Below, piece after piece: positions 1 to 8,899 of a stretch of 64,000 nucleotides of DNA; the stretch's first letter is position 1; each line of letters starts with the position of its first letter. This DNA is from a virus (lineage: Duplodnaviria; Caudoviricetes), in the IMG/VR virus record IMGVR_UViG_3300046694_000619; one strand, given 5' to 3'. Made by a program: the position numbers and the translations under genes. Under the pieces are notes generated by a model. That model had not been told where the DNA came from and searched no databases. It saw only the letters and a list, made by a program, of their open reading frames with translations.

Positions 1-590
1 CTGAGAACCGCAAAACTGTCGCCATAGGCCTCATGGACCAGCCCGTGAAGTGCTGCGACAGCCATGTGCTTCGATTCCTGCCCCGTCGCGGTCCGGACTG
101 CGTCAAGGACGTTATCGGGAATGGAGCGCTCCCAGCCATTGACCGCGTGGCCATCAGTCGGGTCGGGCTTGAAGTCGCGAGCGCCATTAGGTTGCACATC
201 GAGCCGGCTGAGATTGGCGTGTCCTTCCTCGTGCACGGTCAGAACCGCCATCGCAGTCTCGGCGTCGAAGCCCTTCAGCGAGGCGCTCGTCAGCTCTTTC
301 GCCGACAGGGTCACCACGCCACTATCCAGGTCCGTATGACTGCGCTTGCCGTTGGGCAGTGCGATGTCGTCCATCGCTTCCAGCACAGGCGAAGGAGGAG
401 CGCCGGCCGCGCTTCGTTCCTTGAGCGTATCCTTCACCAGCTGGATTTTCTCCTGTATCGACGCAGAACTATCGTCGGCCGGGACGACAACAAACTCTTT
501 GGGGTTGTTTGATAGAGCGGTGTCACTGTACCGGGTTGCAACCTGCGCAATGCGGGTGACGATGTCGGCGGTGGAGGCTACGTAAGGCAT
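1..590 (-). CDS. Zincin-like metallopeptidase, runs off the left edge (absent from the ORF track)
   Basis: Own translation from ATG at 590: MPYVASTADIV...VLTVHEEGHAN...LVHEAYGDSFAVL, no stop before position 1. HExxH motif plus a downstream E..xD motif; CTATAC motif 29 nt upstream. Confidence 0.65.
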   Translation of the reverse strand, partial: MPYVASTADIVTRIAQVATRYSDTALSNNPKEFVVVPADDSSASIQEKIQLVKDTLKERSAAGAPPSPVLEAMDDIALPNGKRSHTDLDSGVVTLSAKELTSASLKGFDAETAMAVLTVHEEGHANLSRLDVQPNGARDFKPDPTDGHAVNGWERSIPDNVLDAVRTATGQESKHMAVAALHGLVHEAYGDSFAVL

Positions 591-701
591 TGATGGGATT
601 AAACCATTGAGTTATCCCGTATAGGTAGCGCGCGCTCACGCCGGCCGGTATCTGGCGTGGCCTATACCGGTCAGATACCCAACTGAACAGAGGACAATTC
701 A

Positions 702-989
702 ATGGCTCACACCAAGGTGAAACGCGACGCGCACGGGCTCTATGTGCGCACGGACGGAAATCTGTATCGGCCAGTCAGGACAGTCCACTCGTATCCGCTC
801 AGCCTCGCCGCCAATTCGCGCGACGACGGCACCAGTGCCTACGTGGAGGGCAGCCAGGTACAGGCTCGGCATCTCAGCGGCACGCCATTCTGTGTCGTGA
901 AGGATGGTGCTGGCGCCGAAGAGCACTGGCACAGCCATGGCATGTATCTGGGCGTGACGTCCACCGCCTGCTGGCACCCTGTGACGTAA
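702..989 (+). CDS. Hypothetical protein
   Basis: GAGGA RBS, upstream CTATAC motif, terminator-like hairpin at ~1011-1042. Confidence 0.65.
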   Translation: MAHTKVKRDAHGLYVRTDGNLYRPVRTVHSYPLSLAANSRDDGTSAYVEGSQVQARHLSGTPFCVVKDGAGAEEHWHSHGMYLGVTSTACWHPVT

Positions 990-1146
990 CCGCCTGACCA
1001 AGCAGTCTCCAGCCGGTCCTCGACAGAGCGACCGGCTTTTTTACACCATGCCCGAGCGGTCCAGACGTAGACTTATTGCTTTTTCACGCTATACTAAAGG
1101 CGCAGCAACCGGCTGCGCTTGTGCTTTCTGCGTGAGACAAATTGCG

Positions 1147-2118
1147 ATGAGTTCACTGGCTATCGGGTCGTCGATGACCCTGTTCGATGTTTCTGAAGTT
1201 GAGAAGGCAATGGCGGACCTGGGTGACGGCCCGCAGGCCTCGTCCGATTCACTGCGCCGCGTCTACAAGAAGATGCTCACCCGCGGTCCCGACCGCTTCG
1301 TTACCAAGCCGGCGAGCGCCGCGCCGCTAGCGCAGGTCATGGAGACCTGCCCAAACTTCCGCGGTGTGCTGGAAGACCTCACCAATCACATCGAGCTGGC
1401 GACCGTGAACAAGCGCGGGCTCAAGCTGATTCCTATCATCCTTGCGGGCGACCCAGGAGTCGGAAAAACGCATTTCGCAAAGCAGCTCGCCGGCGCGCTG
1501 GGACTCTCCTTCCAGTTTCTCTCGATGGGCACCATGAGCGCTGGCTGGGTTCTGGGCGGCTCCGCGCCAACCTGGCAGGGCGCGCGCCACGGCAAGATTG
1601 CCGCAACGCTCATCGAAGGCGAATTCGGCAATCCCCTCTACGTGCTCGACGAATTGGACAAGACGGGCGGCGATAGCCGGTATGACCCGTTTGGCGCGCT
1701 GCTGCAGTTGCTCGAGCGCGATACCGCGCAGCACTTCAAGGACGAGTATCTGGACGTCGCCATGGACGCGTCGGCCATCGTCTGGGTGGCGACGGCCAAC
1801 GACCCGTCGCTCATTCCGCAGTACATCCTCTCGCGCATGACCGTCTACGACGTGCCCGCGCCCACTGAGGATGAGGCGTTCTTCATCGCGCAGCGCATCT
1901 ACGACAATCTGCGTGCAGACCTCGACTGGGCATTCGAGCCTGACCTGCCGGCCGAGCTTCACGACCTGTTCTCGGAAATTGCACCGCGCGACATGCGCAA
2001 AAAGCTGACCGACGCGATGGCGAGTGCCGTGCACGCGAAACGCACCCGCTTGCGGCCGGACGACATCAGGGCGACGCACGCGAAGCAGGCGCGCAGCATA
2101 GGATTCATGAGCGCCTGA
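1147..2118 (+). CDS. Lon-type AAA+ ATPase without protease domain
   Basis: Walker A GDPGVGKT, Walker B LDELDK, Lon-like ALLQLLE...FKDEYLDV.MD.S...VATAN. Start moved to ATG 1147. Confidence 0.85.
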   Translation: MSSLAIGSSMTLFDVSEVEKAMADLGDGPQASSDSLRRVYKKMLTRGPDRFVTKPASAAPLAQVMETCPNFRGVLEDLTNHIELATVNKRGLKLIPIILAGDPGVGKTHFAKQLAGALGLSFQFLSMGTMSAGWVLGGSAPTWQGARHGKIAATLIEGEFGNPLYVLDELDKTGGDSRYDPFGALLQLLERDTAQHFKDEYLDVAMDASAIVWVATANDPSLIPQYILSRMTVYDVPAPTEDEAFFIAQRIYDNLRADLDWAFEPDLPAELHDLFSEIAPRDMRKKLTDAMASAVHAKRTRLRPDDIRATHAKQARSIGFMSA

Positions 2119-2187
2119 CCGAGACGCCTAGGCGCAAAGAGGTCGCCTGGCTACAATCCCGGAGGTCCAATCCTCCGGAGTTGCGTC

Positions 2188-2853
2188 GTGGAAAAGAAAA
2201 TCATCGTTGATTCGCGGGAAAGTCGCAGCGGCCTGAGCGAGCTGCTGCGCTCGCGGGGCATCACGGTGCAGAGCGAAGAGCTCGAGTGCGCCGACTACAT
2301 CCTTGCGGATGGGCTGGCGGTCGAGCGCAAGACCGCCGTTGATTTCGTTGCCTCGATTCTCGACAAACGAATTTTCAGCCAGATAGAAATCTGCAAGCGG
2401 ACCTTCGCGAAGGTCGTGGTGGTTGTGGAAGGAAACCCGTACAAGACACGGTCGGCCATCACACCGGCGGCCATCACCGGCGCGCTGTCGTGGCTCATCG
2501 TCATTGAATCGGTGTCGGTGATTCGGACGGAGAACGTCGAGGAGACGGCTGACGCCCTGCAGGTCCTCCAGAGGCACGCGATAGACGGCCTTGGGTATGA
2601 GATTGCACTCCAGGGTGCGAAACCCAAGGACCGCTTCCCGCAGGCGCAGCTGCTCGTGGAGTCGCTGCCGGGTATCGGACCGGGTGCGGCCAAGAAGCTG
2701 CTCGCGCACTTCGGCTCGGCCGGCGCTGTGGTCAACGCCACGCCGGAAGAACTGAAAAAGGTGCCCGGCATTGGTCCGAAGACCATCGCGTCAATCCGCG
2801 AAGTCATTGAATTCGACACGCGACCGCATCTGGCCAAAGTCGGTGAACTCTGA
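2188..2853 (+). CDS. ERCC4/XPF-family nuclease with HhH tail
   Basis: VDSRE, ADYI, AVERKT motifs; two helix-hairpin-helix motifs (LPGIGP, VPGIGPK). Confidence 0.9.
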   Translation: MEKKIIVDSRESRSGLSELLRSRGITVQSEELECADYILADGLAVERKTAVDFVASILDKRIFSQIEICKRTFAKVVVVVEGNPYKTRSAITPAAITGALSWLIVIESVSVIRTENVEETADALQVLQRHAIDGLGYEIALQGAKPKDRFPQAQLLVESLPGIGPGAAKKLLAHFGSAGAVVNATPEELKKVPGIGPKTIASIREVIEFDTRPHLAKVGEL

Positions 2854-2957
2854 TAATTGATATGAATGCATGATTAATGCTATACTATGCTCATGAAACG
2901 TAAAACTTCATCCATGCAGGAGGGCTTTCCCTAGTGACCATTCACTAGGAGCCTCAA

Positions 2958-3527
2958 TTGCATCAAATCCCCGAGTATCAAACCGCTGTCACCCTGTTTT
3001 CCCGTGACGGCGAAGTCCAGGTGTACCGGACGATGAAGGAAGCGCTCAAGGCGCTCGGCACTCGCTGGATTGCCGCCAACGTTGGCGCGCACTTCCGGGT
3101 GTTCGACCACAATGCGCGCCACTTTGACACCGACCGACGCACCTGGGTGAGTGAGCCGCAGTACGTCGAGCGCAATTACATCATGCGCAATGACGCTGGC
3201 GAGGTGGTGACCGCTGCGGACTTCTATCCGCTGGCCGAACGCCGTCGCTGGCGCGGCTGGTATCGCTGGGGCCGCGCGCTCGAGAACTGGAACGGCGTTG
3301 GTCCGGTCCCGTGCATCGGTCGCCCGCGCGGTGGCCACTATTACCGCCGGCCGGAAACCATGATGGAGCGTCGTCAAGCCGCCATGGTGCTGAAGGAAGA
3401 GGGCGAAGTGGCGCCGCGCGGCAAGCGCAGCCTCAAGCACCTGCCCAACGCCTGGGACGACTACCGCGTGGCGGCGCGTGACGAACGCGGCTGGAAGCGC
3501 CATCGTCGCACCCAGTACCGTGGCTGA
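2958..3527 (+). CDS. Hypothetical Arg/Trp-rich phage-type protein
   Basis: AGGAG RBS before TTG; basic C-terminus LPNAWDD...RGWKRHRRTQY; TTGATA-N18-TATACT promoter at 2857-2886. Confidence 0.65.
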   Translation: MHQIPEYQTAVTLFSRDGEVQVYRTMKEALKALGTRWIAANVGAHFRVFDHNARHFDTDRRTWVSEPQYVERNYIMRNDAGEVVTAADFYPLAERRRWRGWYRWGRALENWNGVGPVPCIGRPRGGHYYRRPETMMERRQAAMVLKEEGEVAPRGKRSLKHLPNAWDDYRVAARDERGWKRHRRTQYRG

Positions 3528-3529
3528 AC

Positions 3530-3570
3530 AAAAAAGGCCGGCAAGCATCGCTTGCCGGCCTTTTCCTTTT
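3530..3570 (+). terminator. Intrinsic (possibly bidirectional) terminator
   Basis: AAAAGGCCGGCAAGC-ATC-GCTTGCCGGCCTTTT. Confidence 0.8.
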
Positions 3571-3650
3571 GGGCCACCGCTCTCTTTGCGTGACTCATAC
3601 GTTAATTCATAGTATACTGTTGGCTCTTTTTCAACTTCAAGAGCGCCGCA

Positions 3651-3848
3651 ATGGTTGACACTAGCGAGCAGCGAATCCTCGAAAACGGGCACGAGTTCGT
3701 GACCGGCAAGGCGGTCGGTTTCCGGTCGGGGAGCGTTCTGCACGACAAGCATGTCTGCCTGAATTGCGGTGTTGTGCGCCGCATCGACGGCAAGAACAGC
3801 CAGTGCAAAGGCAAGGTGCACGTCACGACGCGCGGCACCACCCGATAG
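3651..3848 (+). CDS. Small putative Zn-binding protein
   Basis: H...CLNCG...C motif; TATACT upstream. Confidence 0.55.
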   Translation: MVDTSEQRILENGHEFVTGKAVGFRSGSVLHDKHVCLNCGVVRRIDGKNSQCKGKVHVTTRGTTR

Positions 3849-3868
3849 CCGGCTCTTCAGGACATACC

Positions 3869-4387
3869 ATGACTGCAACTGCTGCAAAACTTCCCGCAAA
3901 GCCTCTCGTTACGCCGCTGCGCGCATATTTCTTCGTTACCCTCATGCTGGTGCTGGTGGTCACGGCACCATTCACAGTCGGCGTAGGCGTGGGGCGGCTG
4001 TGCGATGCGATTAACAGTTGGGACGCGGCAAACAGGGCGTGGGCAATTGCTTCGCCGCTCGCAAGCTGGCTCGTGACAGGCGGTCTCGGTTTCCTCGGAG
4101 CCAGCTATGTGCTGGCACTGTGCCTGAACGAAAAGGTCGTATTCAAGACTGTACGCAGGGGAACCGCGGCTATTCTAGGCGTGGTGCTTATCGGCGTGGT
4201 GCTGGAATATCTGTTCACTTGCCTGCCGGCTATGGAAGCGCTGTACGACGCATTCGGTGCTGCTGGCGGAACCCCTGTCTGGCTGAACGGTATCGCCAGT
4301 TTTGTTGTGGTGGCCTTTGCCAATATCTTGCATGTTGCTGTCGTGGTGGGTATTCTCGCCGCGTTTGCCTGCGCTGATTTCAGCTAA
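3869..4387 (+). CDS. Membrane protein (about 4 TM)
   Basis: Four hydrophobic stretches; AGGA RBS before ATG 3869. Confidence 0.65.
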   Translation: MTATAAKLPAKPLVTPLRAYFFVTLMLVLVVTAPFTVGVGVGRLCDAINSWDAANRAWAIASPLASWLVTGGLGFLGASYVLALCLNEKVVFKTVRRGTAAILGVVLIGVVLEYLFTCLPAMEALYDAFGAAGGTPVWLNGIASFVVVAFANILHVAVVVGILAAFACADFS

Positions 4388-4401
4388 GTTCAGGGACCCA
4401 T

Positions 4402-4944
4402 ATGACCTGGCTTTCACCCATTCCGCTTGCACTCGTTCCGACTACGGATAGCGAGTCCTTTGCCGCGATGAAAGCCGGTGAGACAGGCCTGCCGCTCGCC
4501 CCGCACCCCGGTGCGTTCGGAGTGAAGCGCAAGTACCACACGCACGAAGGCGTTGACCTTTACGCGCCTGAGGGTACCGTCGTGTTCGCAGTCGAGACGG
4601 GTACGGTCGTGGCGGTCAAGCCATTCACCGGGCCGCACGCTGGGCCGACGCTTGCGCACTGGCTGGACACGTGGGCGGTCTTCGTCGAGGGTCCGTCGGG
4701 CGTCGTGGTGTACGGCGAAATCAAGCCCTGGTGCGAAGTCGGCGCGCAAGTCGACGCCGGGATGCCGCTGGGCCACGTCATCCCGGTGCTTCGCAAGGAC
4801 AAAGGCCGGCCGCGCGCGATGCTGCACATCGAGCTGCGCGAACCCGGCAACACCGTCGACATCGAGTGGCTCGACGAGCACCACCCCGCTGGCCTGCTCG
4901 ACCCCACACCCTTCCTGCTGGCGAGCGTTCCCCGGAGCGCATAG
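4402..4944 (+). CDS. M23-family peptidase, no signal peptide
   Basis: FG..R....HEGVDLYAPEGT.V.A...G.V and LHIELR; the first His of the HxH motif is replaced by Met. Confidence 0.8.
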   Translation: MTWLSPIPLALVPTTDSESFAAMKAGETGLPLAPHPGAFGVKRKYHTHEGVDLYAPEGTVVFAVETGTVVAVKPFTGPHAGPTLAHWLDTWAVFVEGPSGVVVYGEIKPWCEVGAQVDAGMPLGHVIPVLRKDKGRPRAMLHIELREPGNTVDIEWLDEHHPAGLLDPTPFLLASVPRSA

Positions 4945-4997
4945 CGCTCTATACCTAGTAGGCATTTTTGATTTGACACCTACTGGAGAGGCCACAC

Positions 4998-5330
4998 ATG
5001 AAAGACCGCCATACCGAAGGACCTTGGGAAGTATTCATTGCTGACGACGGAGGCGAGTGGACAGGCTGGCCCCTGTCCATCGAAGCAGCCAATGAGGTCG
5101 ACAAAACTGTCGTCCGCCCTGGTGGCTTCTATCCGTACACGTGGGACGCATCGGTAAGCCAGACAGAAGCCGTGGCGAACGCCCATCTGATGGCCGCGTC
5201 GCCCGACATGCTGACAGCACTTCGCGCGGCATTGCCAGCTCTCGAGCTGGCGGCCAAGGCTGGAGACGCCGCAGCAATCGACGCGCTCGCGCTGACTCGC
5301 GCCGCCATCGACAAAGCAATCAAACACTGA
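4998..5330 (+). CDS. Phage-type hypothetical protein
   Basis: HTEGPW...ANAHLMAASPDML pattern common in small phage proteins; GGAGAGG RBS. Confidence 0.7.
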   Translation: MKDRHTEGPWEVFIADDGGEWTGWPLSIEAANEVDKTVVRPGGFYPYTWDASVSQTEAVANAHLMAASPDMLTALRAALPALELAAKAGDAAAIDALALTRAAIDKAIKH

Positions 5331-5352
5331 CCCGCAGAAGGAGCGAACCGTC

Positions 5353-5661
5353 ATGGATTTACGTCAACTGTGGGAGCAGGACCTGGTGTTTGGCTTCAGC
5401 CGGCTGCTCGAAATTCATGAGCTCGGGCTGACCGCGGACAACACCGACTTCGTCTATGTCGACGGCGAAGAAGGGGACTTCGGCACCATCCGTTACAAGG
5501 ATGCCTCCGGCCAGGTCGTGGTTATCCGCGAAATCGAAGGCGGAGATGTGGAAAGCCTCGAGCTGACCGACTACGGTCGGCCAATCGTGGCAAAAGTGAT
5601 GTTGGACATCTTCAAGCAGAGCCTCGCCGAAAAGCTGCAGGTGCCGCTGGATTCGCTGTAA
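5353..5661 (+). CDS. Hypothetical protein
   Basis: AAGGAG RBS, acidic globular ORF, terminator at ~5686-5713. Confidence 0.65.
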   Translation: MDLRQLWEQDLVFGFSRLLEIHELGLTADNTDFVYVDGEEGDFGTIRYKDASGQVVVIREIEGGDVESLELTDYGRPIVAKVMLDIFKQSLAEKLQVPLDSL

Positions 5662-5765
5662 CCCTCCGCTGCACGATTCTCTCAAGCCCCGCGCGTCATG
5701 CCGGGGCTTTTTCATGCCCGAACTCTATACGGAGACAGGCCACAACACTTTTTAAGGAGATTACC

Positions 5766-6932
5766 GTGCCCGATTTGAATCAATTCCTCTCGCTGTCGGA
5801 CCTGCAACCGTTCTTCGATAACGCCAAGCCCGACGACACCGTTACCGACGCCTGGCGCACGCAGAATTCCAAGAACCTCAAGCTCATCGTGGTACCGCCG
5901 CTGATGTCGTTTTTCAAGGCGCTGAAGGCCGAGGGTCGTATGGCCTCCATCCCGAACGGTGAGGGCTATTCCACGCGGTTCTGGAATGCCTGGAATAACG
6001 TCGCGGGGCTAGACCTCGCCACCGCCGAGCAAGCCGATGCGGATGAAAAGCTGACAAGGCTGGCAGACAAGTTCGCAAGCTACATCACTTTCCGCATAGT
6101 CAGGCCGTATGAGCGCGTCCTGAAGGCTGAGGGTGCTACCGCGGCCGCTGCGTTCGACAAAAGTGTCGCATTCGTCGACATTGTGGGTACATTCAGCAAG
6201 GGCAGCTATGAGCCCTATGAGTTCTCGCACGAAACCTGCCAGAACACCGGGTTGCCGCTCTCTCTGGGCTTTACGGAGTGGGTGCCGCAAGGCTGCTATA
6301 TCGACTCGGAGAAAGGCGGCTTTGTCCCGATTGCCCCCGCAGCGCCGGCGACCCTGCAGGAAACCGTTGTGGAACTGAAAACGGGAAATCTGCTCTGCTC
6401 GGACTGGTTCCGGATTAAGGAATTCACGGACGCCACGAAGGAGAAGTACATCTCGCTGGAGTCACGCCAGGGCATCGAGGAGAGCGCCCGCTACCTCGCT
6501 CAGCAGTTTGGCGTGGTCAGCGTGTATGTCGGCAATACGAGCCCGGACGTGTTTCAGGATGGTAACCAGCTCATCATCGGTCACCACTACGAAGATGACG
6601 GCGATATTCCGGCACGGTTTTCGAAGGTAGGCAGCGTTTGCACGGACCTGTGGGCAGCCTCTTTCGTCGAGTATGAAACCCTCGTCGAGATGGTCGGCCG
6701 CACGCTTCCCGATACGGCAAAAGACGTGGTCGACACGTATCTTGCCGAACGTGTAGTCGCCCGGCATACACATCGGATTACGGTGGAACCAGGCACCTAC
6801 TACCTGTATCACTTCGGTGACTTTCAGGACTTCCCGGAAATGGCAAAGAAGGCAGGCATCGAGCTCGATACCGGCGTCATCGAGCCATTCTTTGTGCTGA
6901 CTCGCACCCGGCTATTGCAGCCGAGCGCCTAA
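5766..6932 (+). CDS. Hypothetical protein (388 aa)
   Basis: AAGGAG RBS, CTATAC motif, terminator AAAAGAGCCTTT-TCT-AAAGGCTCTTTT after the stop. Confidence 0.8.
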   Translation: MPDLNQFLSLSDLQPFFDNAKPDDTVTDAWRTQNSKNLKLIVVPPLMSFFKALKAEGRMASIPNGEGYSTRFWNAWNNVAGLDLATAEQADADEKLTRLADKFASYITFRIVRPYERVLKAEGATAAAAFDKSVAFVDIVGTFSKGSYEPYEFSHETCQNTGLPLSLGFTEWVPQGCYIDSEKGGFVPIAPAAPATLQETVVELKTGNLLCSDWFRIKEFTDATKEKYISLESRQGIEESARYLAQQFGVVSVYVGNTSPDVFQDGNQLIIGHHYEDDGDIPARFSKVGSVCTDLWAASFVEYETLVEMVGRTLPDTAKDVVDTYLAERVVARHTHRITVEPGTYYLYHFGDFQDFPEMAKKAGIELDTGVIEPFFVLTRTRLLQPSA

Positions 6933-7064
6933 AAGTTGTTCCCTCAAAAGAGCCTTTTCTAAAGGCTCTTTTTCTATTGCACCGCGATTTCCCATGCTGC
7001 GCGCCGCGAGTGATGGCACCTGCTTCGACCTATACGGAGCAGGGCAAACCATCGGAGAAGCGCA

Positions 7065-7313
7065 ATGGAGGTGAACCGTATCACCAAGAAGCTTGATACG
7101 TCGGCAGTCGAGCCGGTCGGACCATCAGCAAACATGCAGAGCTTCTCGGACTTTCTGTCCGGGTATCTCCCGCCGGAGCTGCGTGGCATCAAGTCGGAGC
7201 GGGCGAGCGTGCAGCGCAAACCCACCCAGCAACAAGAGTCGGTCGTGCGGCCGCAGTCCCTGGCTGCCGATGAACCGTACCGTCCGGGCGCATTGCTCAA
7301 CATCGAAGCATGA
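7065..7313 (+). CDS. Hypothetical protein
   Basis: GGAG RBS; CTATAC motif 30 nt upstream. Confidence 0.5.
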   Translation: MEVNRITKKLDTSAVEPVGPSANMQSFSDFLSGYLPPELRGIKSERASVQRKPTQQQESVVRPQSLAADEPYRPGALLNIEA

Positions 7314-7324
7314 GGAGACAAATC

Positions 7325-7909
7325 ATGAAGAGTTCCAAATCGACGTGTGAGATGTATCGTATCAGCGCCAACGGCGAGTATGCGACGGTCTGCCTGAGTG
7401 ATTGGTCCCGCGATGTGGTGGGCCATCCGTCAGAACAGCGGTACGGCGGCGAGATTCTGGTGCATTCGAGCTTCGGGGTCTTCTGCCATCAATGGAGTAA
7501 CTGCGGCTTGCCGTTCAAGGCGTTTCTGCTCGAAATCGAATTCGAGAGCTTCATGTCGAAGTGCCTGGGCAATGATTTCTTGCAGTTTGATGGACGCGCA
7601 TCGGTGGACCGGGTGAAGAAGGCGATTCTGGAGACCCGTCACGCAGAAGGCCTATCCGCCGAGGAAGCGCGCGAGCTCTGGGATGATGTCAGCTTCGCAA
7701 GCGATACGGCCGAGGGCTCTGAGCCCGCGTTCTATGTCGCGTTAGAAGACATCTGCTCCGAAGAAAACATTGGTTCGACATCTGAGTTTGTCGTGCGCAA
7801 ACCGAGCAGCCAGGCCCAGAGCTTCTGGAACGAACTGTGGCCGCATTTCTTGGCCATGCTCGAGGCAGAGTTCAACTCGAAGACTGAAACAGCCGTTCAA
7901 GCTGCTTGA
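7325..7909 (+). CDS. Phage-type hypothetical protein
   Basis: GAGGAG RBS; terminator at ~7923-7951. Confidence 0.7.
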   Translation: MKSSKSTCEMYRISANGEYATVCLSDWSRDVVGHPSEQRYGGEILVHSSFGVFCHQWSNCGLPFKAFLLEIEFESFMSKCLGNDFLQFDGRASVDRVKKAILETRHAEGLSAEEARELWDDVSFASDTAEGSEPAFYVALEDICSEENIGSTSEFVVRKPSSQAQSFWNELWPHFLAMLEAEFNSKTETAVQAA

Positions 7910-7996
7910 CGCTGTTCTCCTGGCCCCGACTTGTTCGGGGCTTTTCTTTTTGTCGCGGCTATACCCAACATCGAATGTTTCAACCAGAACCGCATC

Positions 7997-8476
7997 GTGA
8001 AAATCCTACCCATATTCTTGATTGCTGCAGCATTTAATTGCCACGTCGCATTCGGCGCCGTTTCCAACACGACGAAAACTCATTGCACCAAAGATGAGAC
8101 GACGCTGTTCAGTTGTCGGATTGGCCAGAAGATAGTTAGCGTTTGTGCGGTGGGCAAACAACTGCGCCCTCAATACCGTTTTGGAAAGCTTGGGCATCCG
8201 CTCGAGCTACAGTATCCGGTGGACATTGCTAGTTCGGAACGCATTTCTATCGAGGAGCAGACTGATTCATTCCCTCGAGCGCATTATTCCGAGTGGTCGA
8301 TTGAATTCGCAAACGGTGGCTTCAGCTACACAGTCCAGGCTTTAGAATCAAGAGCGGCTGCTGATTTAGGTTCTTCTTATATTGAGATTTCCAGCAGGCC
8401 AGGCCAACTGGAGTGTGCGAGAGGTAGTGAGATGGTCAATGAGGCTGCATTGCATCAACTCGCGAAGCCTTTTTGA
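7997..8476 (+). CDS. Secreted Cys-containing protein
   Basis: Signal peptide; C....TLFSC....KIVSVC...YRFG pattern; lower GC. Confidence 0.6.
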   Translation: MKILPIFLIAAAFNCHVAFGAVSNTTKTHCTKDETTLFSCRIGQKIVSVCAVGKQLRPQYRFGKLGHPLELQYPVDIASSERISIEEQTDSFPRAHYSEWSIEFANGGFSYTVQALESRAAADLGSSYIEISSRPGQLECARGSEMVNEAALHQLAKPF

Positions 8477-8501
8477 CTAATCGACGCGACCTCATCGCCG
8501 G

Positions 8502-8882
8502 TCACGCGGTCACGATTTCGTGACCTTGGCAGAGCGCTTCCTTGCCGTCCTCATACACGTACACGTACCACTCCGGCCAGTCGGGCGCGGTGACAACCTT
8601 GAGCCCCGGGCCAAGGTCTTCGCCGGCTTCCGCGCGCGCAATGAGGCTAGGCAGCGTGCGCATCTTTGCGCTGAACAGCGTCAGAAAGTGGAGCACGCCG
8701 TCCCGCTCGACCGCCCAGTCAAAGGAGTCGAGCAGCGTGCGTCCAGGCACGGCCATTCCGTCGAACTCGGAAGCGGGCAGGCCTTCTGCATCAAAAAGCT
8801 CAGGATTTGATTCCCAAAGCGCCTCGAGCACCGGGCGGTGCAGACGAAACGCATAGCTCGACGCGTTTATCAGAACTTTCAT
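8502..8882 (-). CDS. Phage-type hypothetical protein (last gene of the PurA-like cluster)
   Basis: MKVLIN...LKVV..PD...W.V..YEDGKE pattern; AAGGA RBS. Confidence 0.65.
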   Translation of the reverse strand: MKVLINASSYAFRLHRPVLEALWESNPELFDAEGLPASEFDGMAVPGRTLLDSFDWAVERDGVLHFLTLFSAKMRTLPSLIARAEAGEDLGPGLKVVTAPDWPEWYVYVYEDGKEALCQGHEIVTA

Positions 8883-8899
8883 TGAACTTCCTTTCTTGT

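Noticed and set aside
2846-2873. dif/Xer site (GATAATTGATAT)
   Set aside because: No XerD arm (TTATGTnAAAT); better explained as a -35 region.
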